64,000 nucleotides of DNA from Patescibacteria group bacterium (lineage in GTDB: Bacteria; Patescibacteriota; Patescibacteriia; JAHIZJ01), in contig JAQTMH010000002.1 of assembly GCA_028714495.1 (NCBI GenBank), positions 7,219-71,218 on the forward strand. The letters are read 5' to 3'. This document shows positions 37,432 to 46,490 of this stretch, one piece after another; within the stretch, counting starts at the first letter, position 1; every line of letters begins with the position of its first letter. The notes under the pieces are model-generated. The model saw only the letters and a program-made list of their open reading frames with translations, made no database searches and was not told where the DNA came from. A program made the translations under genes and the position numbers.

Positions 37432-37595
37432 ATAACAATAATAACATATACCTGTTTCGCGGGCGAATAAGACCTGTCCCGTCGTAGCATGGTATCTTGT
37501 CCACCTACGTAATTTGCTAATTCATTCAGACTGGTGACTTTCTGTAAATAAAAAAGTCCCACTTTTGGGACTTGCGCACATTTCCTCTGAAGGTG

Positions 37596-38066
37596 CTAGG
37601 CGTGTCTCTCGGCGAACCGACCACGGCCATATCCGGGAAACCGCCGGAAAACCCTTGGCTTGAATGGACAAACAACTGTCACCGATGGGAGCATCGAACA
37701 CGCACCGTCATGAATCACCGGATAGGTAGCACTGATCAGAACGTCATCACCAGGCGAATCGCCAAGTACAATCACCGCCGCCTCGTCAGCAATGGGCTGA
37801 CCGAGTTCCATCTTACGCCATCGCTCCGGATTCACGCCGGCGGGCGGTTCCGGAGTCGGATCCAGGATATCCGGCTCGCCGCTTCCCTCCCTGACCATCA
37901 CCGCCAAAACACTGCTCCGGTCCACATCCGCGATGCACACCATGCCAAGCAAACTCTTTACTTCAGGTAACCGCTCTAATCCCGTAGAAGCCACCACCGG
38001 TCCCTCCTTTGCCAATTTACGCAGCTCGACAGGCTGCAACATGGCGTTGGTATTATATATCACCAT
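37596..38066 (-). CDS. Hypothetical protein in a short G+C-rich segment (coding strand ambiguous)
   Basis: 156 aa minus ORF overlaps a 132 aa plus ORF. Local G+C is clearly above the flanks. No family recognised. Confidence 0.3.
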   Translation of the reverse strand: MVIYNTNAMLQPVELRKLAKEGPVVASTGLERLPEVKSLLGMVCIADVDRSSVLAVMVREGSGEPDILDPTPEPPAGVNPERWRKMELGQPIADEAAVIVLGDSPGDDVLISATYPVIHDGACSMLPSVTVVCPFKPRVFRRFPGYGRGRFAERHA

Positions 38067-38207
38067 TGAAAAGCGTCAAGTCGTTTTTAGTAAATTTAGC
38101 AAATATAATCATCATTACCATTTAACCGTAGCACCTTACTTCATGATTTTTAACTTTTAGTAATACAAAAAAACGGGCTAGACCGTTTTACCTTTGATTA
38201 TTCAATA

Positions 38208-38930
38208 TTACTTCCCGAAGCGCCTTTGCCTGGATTGAAAATCCTTAATCAGTTGATCGATATCGCTTTCATTAAAATCCGGCCAGTGCTTTTTAATAAA
38301 CGCGTATTCGGCGTATTCCAATTGCCAGGGCAGAAAACCCGAGGTACGCTGTTCACCAGATGTTCTGACAATCAAATCAGGATCAGGCAGCCCGGGAGTA
38401 TAGAGGTGGCTGTTAATTGTCTTTTTATTAATCCGATCGGGTGATACTTTTTCTTTGATTATCTTTTTCACCATATCAATGATTTCCGATCGACCGCCGT
38501 AATTTAGGCAAAGATGGACAATGCCTCGGGTATTATTCTTAGTTCTGGCAACCGCCCGTTTTATATAGTATTGAAGTTTACTGGGAAATTCATCAGTCCG
38601 TCCCGAAACCAGGAGTTTAATGTTCTCCTTATCAAACTTCTCTAAGCGGTTTTTAAAAACATCCTCGAACAATTTGAACAGATAATTCACCTCACGTTTA
38701 GCGCGTTTCCAATTCTCGGTTGAAAAAGCCCAGAAGGTCAGAACCTTTACTCCCCGATCAAGCGCGGCATAGCAAGTCTTTTCCATTACATCAACACCCC
38801 GCTTGTGTCCAAAAAAAGCAGGTAGATGTTTTGCTTTCGCCCACCGCCGATTGCCGTCCGGGATTATGGCTATATGAAGAGGGATCGCTGGTGTTTCCAT
38901 GGTTAAATAAAAATTAACGGTTTCGCGCAA
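38208..38930 (-). CDS. uppS: Undecaprenyl diphosphate synthase (cis-prenyltransferase)
   Basis: HIAIIPDGNRRWAK and the C-terminal RFGK typical of UppS. Confidence 0.85.
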   Translation of the reverse strand: MRETVNFYLTMETPAIPLHIAIIPDGNRRWAKAKHLPAFFGHKRGVDVMEKTCYAALDRGVKVLTFWAFSTENWKRAKREVNYLFKLFEDVFKNRLEKFDKENIKLLVSGRTDEFPSKLQYYIKRAVARTKNNTRGIVHLCLNYGGRSEIIDMVKKIIKEKVSPDRINKKTINSHLYTPGLPDPDLIVRTSGEQRTSGFLPWQLEYAEYAFIKKHWPDFNESDIDQLIKDFQSRQRRFGK

Positions 38931-39993
38931 CCAAATAATCTGTCAATATCATTAACATCCTAGCACTTTTCGCCGATATTTGTCTAGCCCCCTTTAGCGA
39001 CTTTTTGGCTAAAGATACGTATTTTCGCGCTAATTTCCGCGATTTTTCAAGTGAACCAGATTTAATCATCAACTGGCGTATCCGGCTGATATCTCGCTGG
39101 TTTAAATTCGTTTTTCCGTAATGATTTTTCAGCCATAATCTGTCTTGGCGATTTGAACCGCTCAGCGCTTCAAAATACAAAAGTGTTTGCTTGCCTTCTT
39201 TGATATCAGAATCGACCGGTTTGCCCAGTTCCTTTTTACTGCCGAATACCCCCAGAATATCGTCGCGAATTTGAAAAGCCAGGCCAGCTGGAATGGCGAA
39301 TCGACTTAGCCGTCGTATTTGATCTTTCTTAGCACCGGCTAAAATCGCTCCCATAACCAACGGCGCTTCGAATGAGTATCGGGCCGTCTTTAGTTTATAA
39401 ACTCGCAAGATACCTTTTTTCGAAACTAACACCCGTGCTTCGTTATTAATATCCAGAAGCTGACCATAGTTTGTCTCCAGCAAGATCTGCCCCAAATAGT
39501 TAATAACCTTCATTCTTCGTGCTGGCGGAAACTTCGCCCGCGCGACCAAGTTGTTAGCCAGGTAATTTCCGACTACCCCGATTAAAATCGCGGTTGATAA
39601 ACCGAAATGCCTTGAATCGCCTAGAGCCAGATTTTTTCGGTGGTATTTTTCAAAATATTTGTGGACGGTGATTCCCTGCCGGCGCCAATCGTCACGGTCA
39701 ATAACATCATCGTGAATTAAAAGATAGCTGTGGATTATTTCAACAGCCGCTGAAATATCTATTATCCCTATCGGCGCTTTCTTACCAACGGCTTCATACC
39801 CGATTTTCACCAAACTGGCCCTGATTCTTTTGCTGGATCCGCGCAGCGTGAATTCAGCCAACCGGCTTATCGTTTGGACTAAGAACGGCGAAATGCCGGC
39901 TGTCTTATTTTTTTCAGTTTTAAAAAAAGTTTTGAGCCTTCGCTCAACCTGACTTTTGTACGATGAAATTTCGCGTTCAAACTCGTTTATCAT
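38914..39993 (-). CDS. trans-Polyprenyl diphosphate synthase (FPP/GGPP/long-chain type)
   Basis: First DDxxD LLIHDDVIDRDD and second FQIRDDILG aspartate-rich motifs. I place the start at the internal Met at 39993. Confidence 0.8.
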   Translation of the reverse strand: MINEFEREISSYKSQVERRLKTFFKTEKNKTAGISPFLVQTISRLAEFTLRGSSKRIRASLVKIGYEAVGKKAPIGIIDISAAVEIIHSYLLIHDDVIDRDDWRRQGITVHKYFEKYHRKNLALGDSRHFGLSTAILIGVVGNYLANNLVARAKFPPARRMKVINYLGQILLETNYGQLLDINNEARVLVSKKGILRVYKLKTARYSFEAPLVMGAILAGAKKDQIRRLSRFAIPAGLAFQIRDDILGVFGSKKELGKPVDSDIKEGKQTLLYFEALSGSNRQDRLWLKNHYGKTNLNQRDISRIRQLMIKSGSLEKSRKLARKYVSLAKKSLKGARQISAKSARMLMILTDYLVARNR

Positions 39994-40834
39994 TGTACTT
40001 GAGCAATAGCTCAGCCTCACGCTCCAGCTGGCCGAACTGATTGCGTTCTGATTTCGTAAACTTATCCCAGTCTTTGAACGAAACAACGTCTTCAACTGTC
40101 ACTACATTAAGTCCAAAAAGTTTCCGTTTCAAATGCGCACTAAGAGTTAACAATACCGTAATCGGATAAAGTTTGGTTTTGGCGATTAACTGTTCCAAGC
40201 CCCCGCCCTCAGGGTGTCCCCAGCTGATGATCTTTATCCCGGCGCAGGCCGCGTATTTTTCAGCTTCGGTGGTGTGCTTAGTGTTGGTAACCAGCCAAGC
40301 CTGATGCATTTTTTCGGTCGGAGCCAGACGCCTGGGATCAGTTTTTTCCTTAAGCGCCTCGGCAATATCATCGAAACGTGCCTTAACATACAGCACGGTT
40401 TTTACATTTGTCCGATTGCCCTTAAACTGGTGAAATTTACATTCGAATAAATGAGTCAGATTATCCTTGTGCGCCAAGATGTCTACTTCATGAGAGACGC
40501 AATACCCGCGTACAAAAACATTGGTTTGAACCTCGTAGCCCAGTTTTTTCAGAATTCTGGCAACATATTGCTCAAACGGATAACCCGTAGGTCCGAACTC
40601 GAATAAGGCTTTTTTCAGGCTGTAGCGCATGGCCGATCCCTTATCCTCCCGGGAAAGCTCCCGGTGGGCATAGTCAAAAAGGTGTTCAGTCGATTTGAGC
40701 TTGGCCTCTAATTTCTCCGCCTGTTTGCTCAAATTCCAGACGAATTTTTCGCTCGCTCCAGATTTCAAAAGTGACCGGTGGAACTTATCTCGGTCAAAAG
40801 GCTGATATTCGCCGGTGGATTTTTTCAGCTGCAT
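39977..40834 (-). CDS. ATP-cone domain fused to Mrr-cat-like (PD-(D/E)xK) restriction-endonuclease domain
   Basis: N-terminal IKKSTGEYQPFDRDKFHRSLLKSGA resembles an ATP-cone. The central GYPFEQYVARILKKLGYEVQTNVFVRG...HEVDILAHKDNLTHLFECKFH resembles the Mrr catalytic core (E...D..EcK). Confidence 0.55.
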   Translation of the reverse strand: MQLKKSTGEYQPFDRDKFHRSLLKSGASEKFVWNLSKQAEKLEAKLKSTEHLFDYAHRELSREDKGSAMRYSLKKALFEFGPTGYPFEQYVARILKKLGYEVQTNVFVRGYCVSHEVDILAHKDNLTHLFECKFHQFKGNRTNVKTVLYVKARFDDIAEALKEKTDPRRLAPTEKMHQAWLVTNTKHTTEAEKYAACAGIKIISWGHPEGGGLEQLIAKTKLYPITVLLTLSAHLKRKLFGLNVVTVEDVVSFKDWDKFTKSERNQFGQLEREAELLLKYNDKRV

Positions 40835-41138
40835 ATTTTAAGCATACGCCTTCTATTGTCAAAAAACAAGGGTAAATTTTTCAGTCTCGACGAATCAATT
40901 GTTCTGCTCTTGTCTTCGACAGTAAGCCAAACTCCCCAAACCTCCATGCTCCATTCTTATTCTTTCGACCGAACTTTAGTTCGGGTTGAGAAAGCTTCAG
41001 CTTGAATGAAGATTCCTCGCCTTTGGCTCCGCTTACATATTTGGTGAAATCATCGTATTGCAACTCTACAATTGTTGTCGTGAAGGCAAAGAAAAAGACG
41101 GTTCTTTTTCAGAACCGTCGTGCGACGCGTCATGCCTG

Positions 41139-41660
41139 CTATCCAGGCAACTGAGTCGGGACTCTTTCAGCCTCGAAACCTTGGAGTCGCAAACGACTAA
41201 ACATCACCCGCAGGAAATCATGCGCCCAAATCAGCAGATTACGGGCTTCACTACGCTGGGCTCGTTTCCCCTCATGGACAGAATCCTTGATGGTCTTTCC
41301 GTCCCGCATATGACCGAGATGCGCTGAGGGTAATCTATCAGCCGGGACAACCGAGTCAATGAACCAGTGTCTCAACCCGACTTCCAGGGACCACAAGTTA
41401 GTGTTCCGAAACCCGCGCAAGCCCAAAGCGACTTTGGCGCAATGCAGCATGGAGAAATAGGCCTGCTCAACCGTGTCATCGAAGTCGCCCGAGAGAAAAC
41501 TCCGGCGAGCCCGAGCCAGCTCGCTGAGAGCAGTCTCCAGTTCTCCTGCCGCGGCTTGAGGGTTTGATTCGATCTTGACCAATTTGCGCCCTGCTACCGC
41601 ACCGTCAAACTGACTCATAGCACTCACCTCCTGGTTTGGCGAACTTGAACCGCTGCCCAT
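41139..41660 (-). CDS. HEPN-like hypothetical protein (G+C-rich segment)
   Basis: 173 aa. All-helical with AYFSMLHCAKVALGL and R....H-like positions suggestive of HEPN. Weak. Confidence 0.35.
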   Translation of the reverse strand: MGSGSSSPNQEVSAMSQFDGAVAGRKLVKIESNPQAAAGELETALSELARARRSFLSGDFDDTVEQAYFSMLHCAKVALGLRGFRNTNLWSLEVGLRHWFIDSVVPADRLPSAHLGHMRDGKTIKDSVHEGKRAQRSEARNLLIWAHDFLRVMFSRLRLQGFEAERVPTQLPG

Positions 41661-41950
41661 TCCCTATCACCAGCACAGAAGTGCTGCTTCCCTGTACACT
41701 CCAATCTATATGAAAAGAGCTTGATTTTCACCGGACAGACAAAATTAGCACGGCTAATTGGCTGATGTCAAGAGCTGAGATTATAGCGGTTCTTGAATTG
41801 GTAATAAGCCATCCAACGCACAGCTCAAACGGAATTAGCTTCTTCTTAAATGCTTGACTTAGAATGAAATATGTAATATGCTTGCAGCCGGTACTTCACT
41901 TGTGTTCGTTACAGGTTATTTGACCAAATAACGCCAAAGGGGGTGGGCTC

Positions 41951-42397
41951 ATGAAAGCGTGGTTGCCGGTTCTGGCCCTTCTGTCTCTGGCTCTGGTTTC
42001 ATCCGTGTCAGCCCAGGAGATCATCATGCCTGATTCCAGTCAAATCGTCCAATGCGTCGTCCACCTGAAACAGGTCGTGACACTCGGTGATCTCTCCTTC
42101 GGTCTTGACGGCAACCAACCCGGGCTTCTCTATGTCAAATACCGCGGACGCTGGCAGCCGGATCCGACCTTCGCTTTTGACGGCATCTCAATCAATGCCC
42201 TGGCCGTCGATCCAAAGACCCAGGAGCTACTTCTGGCTGGCTGTTACTACGATGAAGGAATCCCAGTCTGGATTCGAGTGAGTTATGAAATGATACCAAC
42301 CGGTCAATTCATTGCCGAGGTCCAAACAAGCCCGGAAATGCTTCCGGACTTTGAGCAGTTGCGCGATCCAATCATTGAACCCTGCTATCAGCGCTGA
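41951..42397 (+). CDS. Secreted hypothetical protein (signal peptide), G+C-rich
   Basis: MKAWLPVLALLSLALVSSVSAQ signal peptide. 148 aa. No family recognised. Confidence 0.45.
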   Translation: MKAWLPVLALLSLALVSSVSAQEIIMPDSSQIVQCVVHLKQVVTLGDLSFGLDGNQPGLLYVKYRGRWQPDPTFAFDGISINALAVDPKTQELLLAGCYYDEGIPVWIRVSYEMIPTGQFIAEVQTSPEMLPDFEQLRDPIIEPCYQR

Positions 42398-42447
42398 GCC
42401 TTGTCCTTTTCCGACCCGACCAGAGGATGAAAACCCTGGTCGTTTTT

Positions 42448-43329
42448 TTATATTAATCTTTCGCAAGCCCGCCCATTCGTGTCGGCATCAATTAGGTGAA
42501 CGTCCCTGCCGGTTTTTGCCCGGCAACAGTCGTAAAGGCTTTGAGCCTCGGCCTGTGTTTTAAAATCGCGACAGTCGTAATAATTTTCATCACAAAAGCA
42601 TTCCGGCGCATCCTCGAGTATTTCAGTACTGGACGAATCGGATTGGTATTCAGCCGTTTCAGCCCTTTCCGGCGTAGTCCTTTCCCAGAGATTTAAACTT
42701 TTCGAATCGCAAGCGCCCCACAATCCCCGGCTGGCTTTTCTTGATTCATCTTCCAGATCGAGAAATTCCTCCTCATGAGCCACATCCGGAGGTACTGGGA
42801 AAGCCCTGGCATAGCCCAGGGCTACCAGCTCGCGGTTCACAAAAGTCTCCCCGATATAAACATACCGCAAAAGCCTGCCATAACGGTCTTTGTCGCGAAC
42901 ATCTTTGACGAGCCGAACCTGTTTGCCTTCAACCAGCTCGCGATTTTTTTCAGTTGCCACTTGAGCAAAACAGTCTGGTGGTTTATGATTGGTTTCCGGC
43001 GTATCAATGCCAATATAACGAACCTTATCGCCAGTTTCAATTTCGATAGTGTCGCCGTCAATTATCTTGCTAACTTTTACAACATCACCTGGGACGGGTA
43101 TTTCAGTTTGAGCAACCGATTCAATACTTGTCTCTACGTCTATCTGATTGGAATCATCCTGAATATCATTTTGGCGATCAATCTGAAACCAAGAAATAAA
43201 TAATCCAAAGACAATAACTATTACCAATTCCCTTTTAGACGCTCGCGCAAAAATATTTTTAATAAAAGATATGATTTTTGACATATATTTATTGTCTGTC
43301 ATCATATCATAAACAAATAGGAAGACCAA
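42448..43329 (-). CDS. Membrane-anchored extracellular thermonuclease (SNase-like) with C-terminal Excalibur Ca-binding domain
   Basis: TM anchor. SNase core VSKIIDGDTIEI...VRYIGIDTPE...RLLRYVY. C-terminal CDENYYDCRDF and DADTNGRACE Excalibur motif. Confidence 0.75.
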   Translation of the reverse strand: MVFLFVYDMMTDNKYMSKIISFIKNIFARASKRELVIVIVFGLFISWFQIDRQNDIQDDSNQIDVETSIESVAQTEIPVPGDVVKVSKIIDGDTIEIETGDKVRYIGIDTPETNHKPPDCFAQVATEKNRELVEGKQVRLVKDVRDKDRYGRLLRYVYIGETFVNRELVALGYARAFPVPPDVAHEEEFLDLEDESRKASRGLWGACDSKSLNLWERTTPERAETAEYQSDSSSTEILEDAPECFCDENYYDCRDFKTQAEAQSLYDCCRAKTGRDVHLIDADTNGRACERLI

Positions 43330-43389
43330 AGCCGCTTGCTGGCCCGGCTTCCCCGGGTCGAAAGCGGCAAGCGCGTAAGTCTAAAATTA

Positions 43390-44805
43390 CTATTGATGGA
43401 CTATCACCGGCACGCCTACGTAAGCCCAGTTGTATAGCCATTCAGAATTCTCGCGGTTGATGTTTATGCAGCCGTGGCTCATCTTGTGGCCAAAGTTATT
43501 ATGCCAGTAGGCATAGTGCAGGTAGTAGCCATTATTAAAACGCAGGTTAAAATCAACGTCTTTCAGGTCGTAGTTGTCCGGATGATTCGGCCCATAGGAC
43601 CATTCATAATCCTTTGTCGGTATTTTGGCCAAGACTTCGAAGTTTCCGGTCGGCGTGGGATATTTATTGATTCCGGTTGAAACCAAAAATGTCCGGTCGA
43701 GCATTCCGTTTTTGTACGCGTAAAGCCGCTGCTCTTTGATATTAACTTCAATGTATTTGTAATAGTCGGTCCGTCCCTGGATGGTTTTTCTTCCCGGAGC
43801 CGTGATAATTTCGTTTAGTCCGTCTTTATCAATATCGCCGATTGCCAGATGGACGCCTCCACGGAAATCGCTCTCGTAGGCAAAAAAGTTCTGGGGCATT
43901 ATTTTGCCACTGCCCTCAAAAGCCCTGACCTGCGGACCGCCGCCAGCCGCTACGGCAACCAGGATTTCATTAAAACCATCTCTATCCAAATCACCCGAGG
44001 CGATCTGAAATCCTGTCTGGACCGCTTCTGGCCAACCCTCAAACTCAGCTAGAATCGTCCGCTGGGCATTCGCTTTGTAAGTCTTTATCCTGGATCGGCC
44101 AAACCGGTAGATTGAAGTGATAATCTCGGATTCTTTCCCGCCATCGACATTTCCGACTGCCACATCCACTCCGCCTTGATCCCTCTCGGCATAGGGGTAA
44201 ATATCCAAATTCTTCGAAACCCCAAAACGGTCAAAAACCTTGACGTGCGGCCGGGCGCCCACTCCCACGCCTGTCACAATTTCCGAAAAGCTGTCACCGT
44301 CAACGTCCCCACAAGCCACATTTATTCCGCCGCGAAAATCCGGATGAAAGGCGTAAAAGCCCGGCGTGAAAATTGCCTCACCCAGATAAGTCAAAGTTCT
44401 GACATGCGGCCCGCCGCCTTCACCCGAGCCAGTGACGATTTCAGCGGTTCCATCATTGTTCAAATCACAAGCTGCCACCTTGATGCCACCCCGGAAAGAC
44501 TGCGGATAGACAAAAAAGGTTGAGATCTGCGAGCCATCGGCCCGCAATACCCTTATGTTCGGTCCGCCGCCCGGCCCAGCGCCGACAATGATCTCATTAT
44601 CGCCATCACCATCCACGTCACCGATAGCCACAGAAGCTCCGCCTTTAAAGCCTTCGGCGTAGGCCAGCCAGGAATTTTCGAGATTTACCTTGGCGCCATC
44701 GTAAATTCTGATTTCGGGGCTGCGATAGTCGCTGGCCTGGGCTTTTGGGATAATAAACAAAAATAACCCGAAAACCGGAAGACTGAAGTAAATAAACCGT
44801 TTCAT
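43390..44805 (-). CDS. Secreted FG-GAP/VCBS-repeat protein with C-terminal L,D-transpeptidase domain (paralog of 3876..5309)
   Basis: Signal peptide, repeated GDVDGDG..EI..G.G.GGGP.VR units, and C-terminal HNNFGHKMSHGCINI catalytic motif. Confidence 0.7.
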   Translation of the reverse strand: MKRFIYFSLPVFGLFLFIIPKAQASDYRSPEIRIYDGAKVNLENSWLAYAEGFKGGASVAIGDVDGDGDNEIIVGAGPGGGPNIRVLRADGSQISTFFVYPQSFRGGIKVAACDLNNDGTAEIVTGSGEGGGPHVRTLTYLGEAIFTPGFYAFHPDFRGGINVACGDVDGDSFSEIVTGVGVGARPHVKVFDRFGVSKNLDIYPYAERDQGGVDVAVGNVDGGKESEIITSIYRFGRSRIKTYKANAQRTILAEFEGWPEAVQTGFQIASGDLDRDGFNEILVAVAAGGGPQVRAFEGSGKIMPQNFFAYESDFRGGVHLAIGDIDKDGLNEIITAPGRKTIQGRTDYYKYIEVNIKEQRLYAYKNGMLDRTFLVSTGINKYPTPTGNFEVLAKIPTKDYEWSYGPNHPDNYDLKDVDFNLRFNNGYYLHYAYWHNNFGHKMSHGCININRENSEWLYNWAYVGVPVIVHQ

Positions 44806-44899
44806 AAATTGATAATAATATTGAAAAATATTCTATTTCAATGATAGCTTTATTCGCGGTTTTAGTAAAGAAAAAGTCCGGCCTTTTACAGCTGGACTT

Positions 44900-45973
44900 C
44901 TAGGTTTGTGCTATTTGGGAAGCCCGATCCGATTTGGCTCCTGTTCCGCTTTCATTTCGGCCGTTCAAGCCAAGCTCTTGTCTGATCCGGCTGGCCAGTT
45001 CGCCAAGCCGACCATCCATCGCTTCAGGAGTCACAATAAGTCTCTGCCAATCTGCTCCGTTACGATAGGTCACGATTACGCCAAGCTGGCCAGTTTCGAC
45101 TTCAGTCGGCTGCGAGGCGTCATTAAGTCCGTCATGTTCAGCCGCTCTCACAGAACTCACTCCCGGGATTTCACTGATCAAACGGGCGATCTCACGACAA
45201 CCGGTGATGAACCGGTCATCGCAAACGCGTCCTGCCTTGCCATCTCCCCTGGTCAGCGCCAATGCCTGGCTTCGACGAATCATGCTGTTCAGATCGAAAT
45301 GCCGCCGACTTAGAATCTCGGTTCTCAGGGCAGCTGGATTCATCGCGATCGTCGTCACGACTCGAATCGCTCTTTTGATGCTTCTTCCGTGGAACGTGAC
45401 CAAAAGTTCATAGCCGCGAATTTCGACTTCCTTACTGACTTCGCTGGCAATCCGGTCCCTGACTATAACCTCGCCCGGAATCACCTGGGCCACGCCGCGC
45501 CAACGACTTAGCTGTCCGCAGAAGATATCGCAGGCGATGGTTTCCTTGTCAACCAGTCTAACCAGACCCCGATTGGGCAATTTGTCATAACTGGCACCCA
45601 GACCAAAACCGCCTTCGAGAGCGATCCCACTTTCAGTCATGACCTGGCTGTATATGCCCTGAATGTCAATCCGCGAGCCAACCATCCGAATCAATTCCCA
45701 CATCAGCACTGAGCTGGTTACTCCGCTGATCGGTATGACATTAAACCGGCGGATTGTCTCGATCCCAATCATGGTTCCCTTAACCGAATACCCATCCTCC
45801 AGAAAACAGACGTTTGGGACTCTCAACTCCCCTTTTCTGGGTTTAACGGACTCAAGGAGTTCGACCGCCTGGACATGGGGCAACCCACTCAGAAATTCTA
45901 ACAGTTTCTCAACTGCCCTTTCGTCGATCATGGCGCCTTTAGGCTCCATTTCGTTCGTGGAAGCAGCGTCCAC
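44900..45973 (-). CDS. Hypothetical protein, G+C-rich segment
   Basis: 357 aa with protein-like composition. Overlapping plus-strand ORFs are probable antisense artefacts. Confidence 0.4.
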   Translation of the reverse strand: MDAASTNEMEPKGAMIDERAVEKLLEFLSGLPHVQAVELLESVKPRKGELRVPNVCFLEDGYSVKGTMIGIETIRRFNVIPISGVTSSVLMWELIRMVGSRIDIQGIYSQVMTESGIALEGGFGLGASYDKLPNRGLVRLVDKETIACDIFCGQLSRWRGVAQVIPGEVIVRDRIASEVSKEVEIRGYELLVTFHGRSIKRAIRVVTTIAMNPAALRTEILSRRHFDLNSMIRRSQALALTRGDGKAGRVCDDRFITGCREIARLISEIPGVSSVRAAEHDGLNDASQPTEVETGQLGVIVTYRNGADWQRLIVTPEAMDGRLGELASRIRQELGLNGRNESGTGAKSDRASQIAQT

Positions 45974-46111
45974 GCCTTTCCCCCCCTTTCTCTATGAAAA
46001 GAACTGTCTTTTTCAGTTATTCGCCTCTGCTGCAACACAATGTCAAAAGCTTATAGAATTTGTTAAGCCGTGTCAATGACTTTATTTTGGGGGTATGGGG
46101 CATGAGAGATA

Positions 46112-46432
46112 TTGACAAAACAAAAGCAATCATTTAATATCCCTAATTATCGCCGTTCTTTGACCCATACCAAGGAGGAGGGATTCGTGAAGCGAAAAGG
46201 AGTTCAAAATCCAAGAAGCGAACAAGTTCTATGGCAAGCCAGATGTACCAGGGGCAATGGAGTTCGTCCCCGGAGATATGTCATCACCGGCGGTTGCTGC
46301 GTCACAAGGTGGCCGACTGTCCGCATAATCAGGGAACCAAGAGGCATCTGTCTTATCAGCACGAAGGGGCGGCGTCTGGTCATGACTCCGAACCTCCGGG
46401 CAACTCCATCCCTTCCGCGTTTTCCGCGCTGA
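46112..46432 (+). CDS. Small Arg/Cys-rich hypothetical protein (uncertain), strong RBS and GTG/ATG start region
   Basis: AAGGAGGAGGG lies 5-8 nt upstream. It is followed by an intrinsic terminator at 46450-46480. The composition is Arg-rich, so it could be non-coding. Confidence 0.2.
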   Translation: MTKQKQSFNIPNYRRSLTHTKEEGFVKRKGVQNPRSEQVLWQARCTRGNGVRPRRYVITGGCCVTRWPTVRIIREPRGICLISTKGRRLVMTPNLRATPSLPRFPR

Positions 46433-46449
46433 GGCGTGGATCCAAAAAA

Positions 46450-46480
46450 GGCGTTTCGCTAGAGACGCCTTCTTATTTTT
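46450..46480. terminator. Intrinsic terminator GGCGTTTCGCTAGAGACGCC plus T-run, placed between convergent transcription units
   Basis: Seen directly. The minus-strand permease stop is at 46491. Confidence 0.45.
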
Positions 46481-46490
46481 GCTGAAGACA

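Noticed and set aside
37572-37970. Plus-strand 132-aa ORF overlapping 37596..38066
   Set aside because: The two overlapping ORFs occupy a short G+C-rich segment. Neither has recognisable motifs. The longer minus ORF was kept with low confidence, and the plus ORF was considered the antisense alternative.
40881-41063. 60-aa minus ORF between the ATP-cone/Mrr gene and the HEPN-like gene
   Set aside because: Short, no RBS, lies at the composition boundary. Insufficient evidence to call.
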